Below are positions 1 through 11,392 of a stretch of DNA of 64,000 nucleotides, piece after piece. Where the stretch lies: NCBI GenBank assembly GCA_030390025.1, contig CM059431.1, forward strand, positions 143,408,001 to 143,472,000. The letters are read 5' to 3'. The DNA is from Squalus acanthias (taxonomy: Eukaryota). Numbering within the stretch: the stretch's first letter is position 1; the number at the start of each line of letters is the position of its first letter. Made by a program: the position numbers and the translations under genes. The notes under the pieces were generated by a model that saw nothing but the letters and a program-made list of their open reading frames with translations, was not told the DNA's origin and searched no databases.

Positions 1-442
1 CCCCGTCAACAAGACACACCCTGCACGGTGTTGGAGTAAATATAGAACTGTTAGTGATTTAAACTCGGGTTTCTCTCCTGGTTCCAGTTGAAATGGTGGA
101 TGTGGAATATAATTAATTAATTTTATCTTTACTGCTGGATTATGTTATGTTTACATTCTGTTGACCAGTCTTATTAAATATGAATTATTTTAATCAAATC
201 ATACTCTGTGACCTGTATTTGCTGATCCAATAAAGACTGTAAAATCCCTACTTGTTCACAAGAATCCGTTCTAGATTCCTTAGGGAATTACTGACCGATC
301 CTATTATTATTGGTCATATTTGTGTTTAATCTGCTTCTCCCTGGTTTAACTGAACTGTTTGTTTCCCTTCATTACGGAGCAACAACACAATCCGTGACTG
401 TTCTATAATTCACCCAACAGTTAGAGACAAATAAACAGTTAC

Positions 443-2216
443 CTCAACACTCGGCATTTGTGCAGTACGGGTCCCAGCCGCTGGAGTCCTTCACACTGGA
501 TGGAGCAGTTCTGTAGGTCGAGTTGTTTTATTGTATCACAGAGTCCAATGATGTGAGAGAGGACCGCACAGTCAATCGGGGTCAATGTCAATTCACTAAA
601 TGTAAGTGTTTCCACAGACCCCACTGTTTTCCGAGCCAGTGCTTTATTCTGAGACTCAAACAGGTAGTGGAATGTGTTCAGGAGGGTCCTTTTACTAGTT
701 TCACTCCACATGTTCTCAATCTGTCCTTCAACCTTCTCCTTCACCCAGTCAATCACGCGGCAGGTGGTTTGATGAAGAAATGGACTCAGAAACTCCTCCA
801 GGGGCCGAGCTGCCTGTGGGGAGGAGAGACCAGCAACAAAACGGAGAAATATCTCAAATCGCCCATCTTTCTTGCTGTGGGCTTCTCTGAGGAGTTTCAG
901 GATGTCCCCAGGATCTGGAGTCAGGAATTGTGCGAGTGCAGCTACAAACTCTTGGATGGTGAGGTGCGGGAATGTGTACACCACGCTCTGGGCAGAATCA
1001 TCTCTCTCCAAAAGTTCCATCATGAACCCAGACAGGAACTGGGAAGGTTGCAGATTATACTTGATCAAATCTCCATTTCTAAACACAATCTTCTTCTCGG
1101 AGACTCCTGTGAAGGCCATCTCACCAAGCTTCAGTAACACATCACGGGGGCTTTCAATCTCTCGGCCATGGTTTTTCAGAATGTTGTAAATATAGTAGGA
1201 ATATAGTTGGGTGATGGTCTTGGGAACTCGCTGCTGATTCCTGTATCTTTGTGTAAAGAAGGGACCCAGTGAGAGGCCGAGGATCCAGCAGTAGGAAGGG
1301 TTGTAGCTCATGGTGTACAGGATCTCGTTCTCCTCCACGTGTTTGAAAACAGCTGCTGCCACCGTCTGATCTTCAAAAAACTTGTTGAAATATTCCTTCC
1401 GTTCTTCACCAACAAATCCCAGGATTTCAGCCCAGACACTGATCTCAGCCTTTTCCAGTAAATATAATGCAGTGGGGCGGCTGGTCACTAGCACTGAACA
1501 TCCTGGGAGCAGCTTGTGCTGTATTAAACTGTACACAATGTCAGACACTTCACACCAGTCTTCGGGATCTGTGCACATGTGCTGAGGTTCTGTATTTCTC
1601 CGATTGTCAGCAAAATCGATCCTGTCCTTGAATTCATCCAAACCATCGAATATGAACAGCAATCCCTCTGGGTTCTTCCAGAGCTCTCCCAGAATATTCC
1701 CAAAGTAAGGATACAGATCCAGTATCAGATTCCTCAGGTTTATTCTACAGTTAATAGCATTCAAATCCCGGAATTTAAAACTGAAGACAAATTGAAAGTG
1801 TGGGTATATTTTCCCAGTGGCCCAGTCATGAACAATCTTTTGCACCATTGTTGTTTTTCCAATCCCCGGAACTCCGCTCACTGCTGCTGAATTCCCAGAA
1901 TTGGATTGCCAGAAGAAACTCTGAATTTTCTGGAACAAACTCCCTCTCTGGGAAAAACTGCTCTGGAACAATTGATCAGTTCGGATTTTTTCCAGCTCTC
2001 TCCGGAGATGTTTCTCTCTCCACTCTTCATGGCTTCGGCCTCTTGCCAGCAGTTCATGTTCTACAAGTGTCCGATCTCGAACAGTAGAAATGACCGTTAG
2101 CTCAGCGTATCGATCAACCAGTTGGAAAATCTTAACCTTCTCCTTTATTAGGATAGTGTTCACTCTCAGTGTTTCAGTTTGTACCCGGAGTGTTTCCTTG
2201 TGTTTCTGTTGAAGAT
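443..2216 (-). CDS. NLR gene, large NACHT exon (FISNA-like region, NACHT NTPase, winged helix/HD2, first LRR); NLRP3/NLRC3-like fish-type NLR
   Basis: The 611-aa ORF has Walker A GVPGIGKT, Walker B LLFIFDGLDE, sensor-1 VTSR, WH motif FPHLTIQEFVAA and a terminal LRR (IKQLDLQNCSI). Acceptor ...ttgaag|ATCTTC at 2216 (phase 1). Donor TTGAG|gtaac at 443 (phase 2, typical before NLR LRR exons). The gene continues beyond the left edge. Confidence 0.95.
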
Positions 2217-2639
2217 CTTCAATTGGAACAGACAGAAAGTGGTTCTCAATGTGAGTTGTATTGACATAAAACAACTTATCAACACCATTTCGCTATTCAG
2301 TAAACTGTTGCGAGATTTAATTCACAGCTTCAAAAAAGGTGAGTGTAGAAATTAAAACTCAGTTAATGGAAACCTCGCTTGAAAGTGAACAATGACCGAG
2401 AAAAGTTTCAAATCCTCACTTGATTCTAATAGTCACTGAACATGGAGATTTCTATGACGGTGATATCTTCCCTCTGATGGTTAATACTGTCTGGCCTGTC
2501 CTGTACTATAGACATCTCATTACAAATCCACACATAATCCTGTTTATATGACAATTGAGGTTCTAGTGGATCAATCTGTGAAGCCGTCCGTGGTGCTTCC
2601 CTTCTGCAGAAGTAGGAAATAGGACATTGGAGATCAGTG

Positions 2640-3735
2640 TGAGAGGGGCAGACTGAATGGTCAGGAGTCCCATTATTTTCAGTTCAGTCCTTGGGCAGTT
2701 GATCTGGGGTAGTGTGTGCACTGGAAGAGGGAGAGGCTGTGAATGAATAGAAGACCTACTATTATTATATCAGGCCTTGGGCAGGCTATTTATATTATTG
2801 TGTACACTGGGTGAGGGACAGACTGTGAATGGTCAGGGGTCCCACTATTATATCAAGCCTTGAGCAGGTTATCTGGTGTATTGTTTGCAGAGAGATGGAC
2901 AGTTTGTGAATGTACAGAAGTTGCACTGTTACTGTATCTGGCCTTGAGCAGGGTGTCTGTGGTATTGTTTGCACTGGGTGAGGGACAGACTGTGGATGGA
3001 AATCAATTCCAATCAGCGGCCTATAACTGAGATTCGAATCCCATATTCTCCCCATCACCAAGACCGCCTACTTCCACCTCTATAATAACGCCCGTGTCAG
3101 CCCCTGAAAACCTCATAAAAGCCTTTGTTACCTCCAGACTCGACTATTCCAACGCTCTCCTGATCAGCCTCCCACCTTGCACCCTCCGTAAAGTTGAACT
3201 CATCCAAAACTCTGCTGCTCATAGCCTAACGCGCACCAGGTCCCGTTCATTCTTGACTCCTGTGCTCGCTGACCTACATCAGCTCCCGGTCTGGCAACGC
3301 CTCGAACTCATTCTAGTATTCAGATCCCTCCATGGCCTCGACCCCTCCCAATCGCTATAACCTCCTTCAGCACTGCAAACCTCAGAGATCTCTGCACTCC
3401 TCCAATTTTGGCCTTTTGCGCATTCCCTGATTTTCATTGTTTAATCATTGGCGGCCATGCCTCCAGCTTCCTAAGCCCTAAGCTCTGGAATTCCCTTGCT
3501 AAACCTCTCCATCCCTTAACAGAAGATCCACTTTCATTGTATCAGGACTCGGGCAGGTTATCTGGGGTACTGAAAAGAGAAGGACAGAATCAATAGACTG
3601 GAATTAAATTGCTGTTGTTTCAGGACTCGGGCAGGTTATCTGTGGTATTGTGTGCACAGAGAGGAGCAGACTGTGAATAGACTGGAGATAAATTGCTGTT
3701 GTTTCAGGACTCGGGCAGGTTATCTGGGGTATTAC
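2640..3735. repeat. degenerate ~80-86-bp minisatellite interrupted by an L2 fragment
   Basis: The motif (cttg/ctcg)ggcaggttatctg recurs near 2690, 2776, 2859, 2943, 3548, 3626 and 3710. Confidence 0.6.
3030..3515 (+). mobile_element. L2-clade LINE, 3' fragment
   Basis: Translation AFVTSRLDYSNALL...LIQNSAAHSLTR...LTPVLADLHQLPV is the characteristic L2 ORF2 C-terminus. Confidence 0.8.
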
Positions 3736-4851
3736 CAGCACTTCTATAGTCACCTGATCACAGGTAAAGGTTACTGACATTCTGAAGGTACAGAGGGGAA
3801 ACAAAAGACTGGTTTAAGGCATTAGGAGTTTAGGCTGACGGCAGGGTGAGTGGGTTTGATGTATTTTGTTTGGGTAAGAGACTTCGCTGTCGAAATGTTT
3901 TAATGTAATTCACAACTTTAGTGCACGAAACAGGTTCACAATTGCCGATATAATTAAAAATGGACAAAATTGAAAGTCAGACATAAGAAAGGAAATTAGG
4001 GCAGCTTTTCACCCAAAGGGTAATAGATCGGGCGGACCAGGGACGGACACTGAAGGGGCAGTGTAAGTGGGGTCTAGAGACAATTGAACGTGTTTCTCTG
4101 GATACACTGAGGGGAGGGGTAGGTGGGTTCATCTCTAACAGGGACAGACTTGTTTGGGCCAAATGGCCTTTTCTTGTCTCTAATCGATCTCTGATTATAT
4201 TGTCTTTCAGAAATTGCGATAAATTTGTCAGCAGTTTTACATATATACCTTCATTTAATGTGTTTTATAAGTACTGTCATATCAGCGATTACAATTAGAA
4301 ATAGAACTACTGCCCACTGCACACAGTGTAAGGTTAGAACAGAAAACATTCACAATTCATTTGAACTGTTCCACCAATAATTATACACCATTGTTTTATT
4401 TTAGTCTTAGTTTCCTATAATGCAGGTTTGGGAAATTACAAATATGTTTCCGTTAGTCATTACATTAGCTCAATAAAGACTCCGGAATTAAAGGACTATT
4501 CTGTGAGTAGAATAAGGTCCTCTCTTTGACTGCCCATTAGGAAGCTAGCCAATAACTTCTTTCTCGCCCTGAACATTGATTCTTCCTCACATTTCTCCAC
4601 AGATTAATGTTCTTTTGTGAGAACATCTTCTCAGATTTAATCAAACACTATCTGACGGTTTGTTCTGTGCTGTGAAATGAAAACATTTTAATGACTTGCA
4701 TGTTGCCACCTATCTCCACCAATCTCCCTAGTTTACAGTGGCCCAGATTACTATGGATGCAGGTAACCCTTAACATTTGGGTCAAGGCACTGCTCTTTAC
4801 TGGTGAGCCCAGAGAGTCAGTACGGCCCATAGGAAGATTACATTTTGATTC

Positions 4852-5540
4852 ACAGTGTATTAGAATCTTACCAGGTGTGTGTGGGGTTTCACAGAGTATC
4901 AGGATCCTGCCAGGTGTGTCTGGGGTTTCACAGTGTATCAGGATCCTGCCAGGTGTGTATGGGGTTTCACAGTGTATCAGGATCCTGCCAGGTGTGTATG
5001 GGGTTTCACAGTATATCAGGATCCTGCCAGGTGTGTATGGGGTTTCACAGTGTATCAGGATCCTGCCAGGTGTGTATGGGGTTTCACAGCGTATCAGGAC
5101 CCTGCCAGGTGTGTCTGGGGTTTCACAGTGCATCAGGATCCTGCCAGGTGTGTATGGGGTTTCAGTGTAATTGGATCCTGTCAGGTGTGTATGGGGTTTC
5201 ACAGTATATCAGGATCTTGCCAGGTGTGTATGGGGTTTCACAGAGAATCAAGATCCTGCTAGGAGTATGTGGGGTTTTACAGTGTATCGGGATCCTGCCA
5301 GGTGTGTATGGGGTTTCAGTGTATCAGGATTCTGCCAGGTGTGTATGAGGTTCCACAGTGAATCAGGATCCTGCCAGGTGTGTATGGGGTTTCAGTGTAT
5401 CGGGATACTGCCAGGTGTGTATGGAGTTTCACAGTGTATCCGGATCACGCCAGGTGTGTATGGGGTTTCACAGTGTATCAGGATCCTGTCAGGTGCGTAT
5501 GGGGTTTCACAGTGTATCAGGATCCTGCCAGGTGTGTACA
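4852..5540. repeat. 39-bp minisatellite (tgtatcaggatcctgccaggtgtgtatggggtttcacag), ~18 copies, intronic
   Basis: Direct tandem units. They account for the repetitive 13-aa-period ORFs. Confidence 0.95.
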
Positions 5541-5819
5541 CAAGACTTCACAAGTGATAGACATCAGCAGCTGGATTAGCGAAATGATGCAACGTCCGCA
5601 TATTTACAGGAAATGTCAGAAATGGTCTGAATTGTAATTTGAACCTATGCCGAATAGCTTTGGATTGATGACAAATCTGAATGACGTTCAATCCTATTTT
5701 TCCAGGCTTTGAACTTCTGATTCCCAGATTCTGACAACTTCTAAACAAACGGCTACAGCTAATCATTCTGATTCTGAGAAGTGAAATAAACGGTTTGAAA
5801 TCTCCAGGTCATCATTTAC

Positions 5820-5885
5820 CTTTCAGGTGCCTGGGTACTTCGGATAAACCTCGTGCGATGTTCATGTAATCAAATGGATCAGAAC
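5820..5885 (-). CDS. NLR gene, 66-nt linker exon (GSDPFDYMNIARGLSEVPRHLK)
   Basis: Acceptor tttaaacag|GTTCTG, donor CTGAAAG|gtaaat. Phase 1 to 1, stop-free, joins the CARD exon to the NACHT exon in frame. Confidence 0.85.
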
Positions 5886-5988
5886 CTGTTTAAATCAATT
5901 AACTTTCATGAAATCAGATCTGTGTAATATTATAGTAAATCCTGCTTTGTTTGAGTGTGAATTTGAATTCAGTGTTATTTTACCGTAC

Positions 5989-6160
5989 CAAGTTCCTGTA
6001 TTTGTCTCAGTATTTTGTCCAGCTTTGGTACCCCATGGCGCATTTTCACAAAGGATTCCCACATCACCCTTCGGGCCCGAGAGCCTTTCTCCATCACCAG
6101 ATTTAGGAGAAGTTTGGAACTGTCCGCCCGGTTTCCCTTCTCCACGAGCTCAGTGACTTT
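5989..6160 (-). CDS. NLR gene, C-terminal half of CARD-like death-fold domain (KVTELVEKGNRADSSKLLLNLVMEKGSRARRVMWESFVKMRHGVPKLDKILRQIQEL)
   Basis: Acceptor ttattctttacag|AAAGTC, donor CTTG|gtacgg. Phase 0 to 1. The pattern R-x-D-x-x-K-L-L-x-x-x-V-x-x-K-G-x-x-A resembles CARD helices 4-6. Confidence 0.88.
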
Positions 6161-6464
6161 CTGTAAAGAATAATAATGAATGTATTGAGGAGCGAGAGAA
6201 AGACACACAATGAGAATGAGAAGGAAAGGATCTGCTCAGTGATGGGATCTCCCAGTTATTTTGAGCAGAGAAAGCAATCACTGGGCCAGGTACTGATCCA
6301 TTCTGAACATGGTCTGAATATTCGGTAAGCATCTTGATTCAGTTGTTAATGGCAAAGAAATAGAATGAATTATAGTTCTCGGAGAACGAGGAATCACTGA
6401 GAATCTGCAGCAGTTTTAATGGGATTCGATTTCTCTGTCCTTCAGAACGATAGCTTGCTGTTTA

Positions 6465-7345
6465 TGTTGCTGGGCCAGTAATCCAGAGATAACGGTTCAA
6501 ATCCCATCGTGGACATTTCATGAATTTGAATTCAAATCAAATCTGAAGCATTTCAAAATAAAAAGCTAGTATCAGTAAAGATTGTCATAAAATCGAATGT
6601 CCTTTACATCTGGTCTATACGTGACTCCAGTCCTTCACCAATGTGGTGGCCTTTGAAATGGCGGAGAAAGCCTCGAGAAAGAAAGATACAGAAGAATAAA
6701 ACTGGGCGGACCGCTTGGCTTCGGCACTGGATTCGGACACGACGAAGGAACACCCAGCCCAGTCAACCCTGCAAAACCCCCCTCACTAACACCTGGGGAC
6801 TGGTGCCAAAGTAGGTGTTCCACACATTAGTCAAACAACGGTGTGACGTAGTGATAATTATAAAATCATATTTATTAGCCAACGTCCCAGGCTCCTCCAT
6901 CAGCATTCATCGGTATTTCCTGTCCCACCGGCAGGACAGACCCACCAGTGGTGGCCCACAGTGATATACCCTCAGATGCAAGTGCCCTGGGAATCATTTA
7001 CATTGATTCTGGAGCCAATGAAGTCTCATGCCTTCAGGTCAAACTTGGGCAAGGAAACCTCCTGCTGATTACCACCTACCACTCGCCCTCAGCCGATGAA
7101 TCAGTACTCCTCCATTTTCAATACAACTTGGAGGAAGCACTAAAGGTGACAAAAGGTGCAGAATGTACAGCAGTTGGGAGATTGAATGCCTAGTTCCCAG
7201 CCAATTCGATATCAAGAAACACATGAATGCACTGGGCACAGCAAATGCTGCAAGTCCGGATAACATTCTGGCTGTAGTATTGAAGATCTGTGCTCTGGAA
7301 CTAACCACACCTCTAGTCAAGTTGTTCCAGCACATCCACAACACT
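6465..7345 (+). mobile_element. decayed 5' part of the tRNA-headed CR1-group LINE (family B)
   Basis: B-box GTTCAAATCC at 6495-6504, then a SINE-like body, then APE-start sequence (ctcactaacacctggggactggtgccaaag, ~6782) and the remnant SPDNILAVVLKICALEL. Colinear with the 11393-14556 element. Confidence 0.7.
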
Positions 7346-7573
7346 GGGTAGTGAGCAGAAGGTTGGGATTAGACTAGGTGGGATATTAACAGTAATGGGT
7401 AGTGAGCAGGAGGTTGGGATTAGACTCGGTGGGATATTAACGGTAATGGGCAGTGAGCAGGAGGTTGGGATTAGACTAGGTGGGATATTAACAGTAATGG
7501 GCAGTGAGCAGGAGGTTGGGATTAGACTAGGTGGGATATTAACGGTAATGGGCAGTGAGCAGGAGGTTGGGAT
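7346..7573. repeat. 51-bp minisatellite, ~4.5 copies
   Basis: Tandem units of gggtagtgagcaggaggttgggattagactaggtgggatattaacagtaat. Confidence 0.9.
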
Positions 7574-7874
7574 GAGAGTAAGTTTCCTAGATTATCAACT
7601 TGGAAAGTTGGTAGCAGGTCGACCGTCCATTATACACCCTGCCCGATTATCATTTCCATTCAGCTCTATTCCATTAAAGGTAACTGACAGAACTTTACAG
7701 GCTGCTTGCTGTAATTTCCTGAAGTGCTGAATATTCACAATATTTTCAGTTTTATCCATTTCTTTCCTATTTGGTCTGTTTCTCTTCTGTAACATAATCT
7801 GATTCTAAGATCTGATTTCCTGTCAGTTCTGTGATGTTTAAATAATCCAAACTCATTGTGTCCCTCCCACTTAC

Positions 7875-8041
7875 CCGATGTTCTTGTCCACTGAAATGCC
7901 TCTCGTATGTTAACAACAAGCTGACTCCGTCCACCCCTCCTTCAATCGCTTGTTCCAGTCTGTCCCGGTAGAATTTCGTGAACTGGAACAGCTGGTAATC
8001 ATCGCACTGTGTCAAGAACTCAGTGATTGTAGAGTTCGGAT
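7875..8041 (-). CDS. NLR gene, N-terminal half of CARD-like domain (DPNSTITEFLTQCDDYQLFQFTKFYRDRLEQAIEGGVDGVSLLLTYERHFSGQEHR)
   Basis: Acceptor tttgtgttcacag|ATCCG, donor CATCGG|gtaagt. Phase 1 to 0, stop-free and in frame with both neighbouring exons. Confidence 0.88.
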
Positions 8042-8489
8042 CTGTGAACACAAATGGAGAAAACTGAACACATTATCGACTTTCTACCCAGGCGGCTACA
8101 TTTCATTTTATACTAAACGACTGAAACCTCCTGTGAGCCACATTAACAATCACCTTCTGATAACCCATTTATACCGCATGTACGACATTTCATCAACCTG
8201 TATAGTCACATCTCAACAAATCTGTATCTTAATGGGTTGGGAGATTGGGCTCATGACTGGCAAATGATGTTTAGCTTGGATAAGTGCAGTGTTGTGTCTG
8301 TGGAGAGGGCGAATGCTCAACATTCATACACCCTTCATGGAGAAGCATTAAAGGGGGAGAAAGGAAGATTCTGGGCTTTCTAGTGCATACATCTCTAAAG
8401 GTACTGGAGCAATGCCATGAAGCGATGCGAGCGCAAAGAGGGTGTTGTGGTGCATTCATAGGACAGTTGGGTATAAGACGACCTATTTT

Positions 8490-9150
8490 GTCCCAGTACA
8501 TGACCTTAGTAAAGGCCTCACTTGGAATACTGTGTCCAGTTTTGGTCTCCTCACATGGTGGGTGATATTGAGGCTTTGAAACTGTTGCAGAGGAGGGACA
8601 TTAGACTAATTCCCAGTATAAACAACTTAGTTATCAAGACAGGCTAAGAGTTTGGACTCTACACTTTAGAGAAGCAAAGTCTTTGGGGTGATCTGATTGA
8701 GGTTTATAAGATGAAGGGAATGGATTGTGTTCCAGTTGAGTTTGTTCCAAGGTCAGGGAGGGTCAGGGGTCACAATTTTAAGTTGTGCAAGGCCAGATTT
8801 AAGTTAGATGTCAGGAGGAGGTCTTTTCCCAGAGAATAGTCGACGTCTGGAACAGGATACCTTCTCTTGCGGTGGACGCTGACTCGCTGAATTCCTTCAG
8901 GCGAGAGCTGAACCTGTTCCTGTTTGGTGCGGACATCAGCTCTTACAACAGGAAGACACTTCCAGGAAGTCAGTGTAAGATTGATCTGCTGGACTAGTTT
9001 CAATCGCCTAGATGGGTCGGAGAGGAATTTCCCGTATTTTAATCCCACAAATTGGCCTGTTTTTACCTGTTTGTTTCACCTCACCCAGGAGATCACATGG
9101 TTTTCTTTGGGATAGCTAGAACAAAGTATCGACAAAGTATCGCAATTGCC
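8490..9150 (+). mobile_element. old CR1 LINE, 3' fragment
   Basis: Degenerate LVRPHLEYCVQFWSP / RGDLIEVYK-type sequence (cacttggaatactgtgtccagttttggtctcc; ggtgatctgattgaggtttataag). Confidence 0.7.
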
Positions 9151-10129
9151 TGGGAAAGTCTGGCTGGTCCAAAGGATCTTCACCTGTCCGTCATTGTTCG
9201 TAAAATTGTCAAATACGACTTTTCTACAGCTAATCCGTTCCAGCCTCCCCTCATCATCCTCTTTATCGCTAAATGCTCGCTAATTCGACCTGGATTAACA
9301 GATTTGGTGGAGTTTCTACACAATAGTCTCTGGTTACCAGGTTAACCATCTCTCCACATTATAACAGAAACATCACTTGAGCTCCTTCAGTCCACCTGTA
9401 TATTTTTGATATCAACTGTGGGTTGAAATGCTGTGCTCAGTCCCTCCTATCTGCCTCTCTGACTTCCTTTAACAGTCTAGGGTGCAATATTTCTGAGCTC
9501 AGTGACTTCTCCACCTCGGCTATTTTACTCAGATCCAAATCCTTCTCTACAGTGATCTCTAACTGTGGACCCACATCCTCCTCTAGTACAACAACATTCT
9601 CACTTCAACCATTTTTAGAAAGTAAAGGAGATATTTTGTATCTCCCCAACATTGCAATCCTCCACAACTAGTTCCTCAGGCCCACCTCTATCTGCCCTCC
9701 ACTGCTTGCTGCCCTGCAAATCCCACTGAGAATTGTACTGTCTCCCTTCCTATTGCTGAACTGCGTACATATGGATTCCATCTTGGCATAGATCCCTGGA
9801 ACACCCGTATGTTCTAAACCACTCCGCCTCTCTCTCTCTCTCTCTCTCACTCTCCTCCTTTCAGACGTTCCTTAAACCTTACCTTTGAGCAAGCTTTTGC
9901 TCACCTGTCCTAATATCTCCTTATGCGACTCGGTGTCAAATTTTGATTCCTATAAAGCACCTTGAGACATTTTAGTACATTAAAGGTGCTATATAAATGC
10001 AAGTTTGTTCTTGTTGTTGATCTTGCGCTGTCATAGAACGCTTTATTAATACTGGCGTCCACAAATTCTTTGCTCTTCCCTCAAAATGTTATCACCAGAA
10101 ACATTTCCCACTGAATCCTGTGAAAACCC

Positions 10130-11160
10130 AGGCTCTGTCTTATAGATACTAGATCACATCTCTCATGCTTCTAAATGTTTGGAATGATTTGTACACAACA
10201 CTCAATCCTCGCTCCAACGTTTGGAATGTTGACTTGTCCCAGTTTCTTTTTTAAAAAAAACAAGTGACTTTATCTCTCACTACTTCAAATCCTCCTTCCT
10301 TTGTCTTGCCAATAACTTTTCACGATTTCTTAAATCTTCTGTTTCAGCTCCAACATTTTTATTAATTCCGCTCTCTAGTCTCCGATCCGGATATTTCCCA
10401 CTCTCCAGTCACATCGCCCTGATACCCTCCCACTGCTCCATTCACCTTTTCTAGAAAACCATTACTGTTGGTCGGTACAGAACGTGGCCATCCCTTCCCT
10501 TCTCCCTGAACTCATCCTCGTGCCCCAAGAACGTGAACCCTTCCCTCCTGCTCCAGCCCTGCAGCCGCACATTGACCAGCCTCATATTTCCCTCCTGAAG
10601 CAGCCCAGTGCAAAACAATCCAGAGATCAGTAGCTTGAGGCCTGGTTTCTTAGTTTAGTGCCTCAGTCTTAATAGTCCCTCTAGAAACGTATTTCTATCC
10701 GTGTTACTGGTTCCGACCATGGCTATTTTCTGCTCTCCTTTGCTTCCCAGAGATGGTCCCACCCGTTTCGGGATGTTCTTCCCTCTGGTACCAGGAGAGA
10801 CAACTTACCATTCGGGGCCTGCTCAGGGCTGCAGAAGAGGTTGTTTATTCCCCGATTACACAATCTGCCACCAGTATCTCTCTCCTATTCCTGTGCTCCA
10901 CCTGCCTCTCACTCTCGCCCCGCTGGGTGGCCTCCTGCTCCCTGGAGTGACACTGTTGCTCAGGAAGACCCTCCTCTGAGTCACTGTCTCCATCCACCTT
11001 ACAGTCCCCAGTACCAGGGATCTATTGGACAGTTCCAGTACTCAGGGGGCTCCCTCCACCTGTGACTGCGATGCCTCTCTAGATGGTCACTCACATCCCT
11101 CTTTGTACTCAGCCCTTGTCCTGTTCCCTCTTCTTGTGAGCTGCAGGTTCAGGCACTAGA
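10130..11160 (-). mobile_element. highly decayed CR1 5' region (ORF1 esterase remnant)
   Basis: Reverse-strand remnants resemble the VGTND and GFxF..GH segments of the esterase ORF1 seen at 32.2-32.6 kb. Confidence 0.45.
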
Positions 11161-11214
11161 TCTGGACCCTTTGTCAGGACATCAATTATATTTTAAAGTA
11201 TTTTGTGAACCTAC

Positions 11215-11278
11215 CTGTGTCCCTTCTCATTCTTCTTGAAGATGTTGGATCATCTCCCCTGTTTGGACCTTCAGCCAT
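11215..11278 (-). CDS. NLR gene, first coding exon (MAEGPNRGDDPTSSRRMRRDT); the whole exon including UTR is 11310-11215
   Basis: ATG in strong Kozak context (CACCACCATGG). Acceptor t(n)acag|AGCATC at 11310. Donor GACACAG|gtaggt, phase 1, matching the next exon. Confidence 0.8.
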
Positions 11279-11392
11279 GGTGGTGACAGGCGTTCCCAGA
11301 TTCTGATGCTCTGTAAAAAAAAAATACAATATTAGTAGGAGGGTTCGAGGGAAATATTAAAATGAGGAGAACATTGCCTTGTTAAACATGAT

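Noticed and set aside
523..1189. Plus-strand 204-aa and 105-aa ORFs
   Set aside because: Antisense shadows of the NACHT exon.
2217..2274. ORF-track N-terminus MFYVNTTHIENHFLSVPIE as the NLR start
   Set aside because: This is intronic sequence containing the pyrimidine tract and AG acceptor. The frame continues in upstream exons.
2640..3735. ~84-bp periodicity as degenerate LRR exons
   Set aside because: The period matches a 28-aa LRR, but translations contain stops and lack LxxLxLxxN. The array is also upstream of NACHT, inside an intron.
4648..5637. Repetitive ORFs (QCIRILPGVYGVS)n and equivalents
   Set aside because: Translations of an intronic 39-bp minisatellite with frame-shifting 37-bp variants and no splice support.
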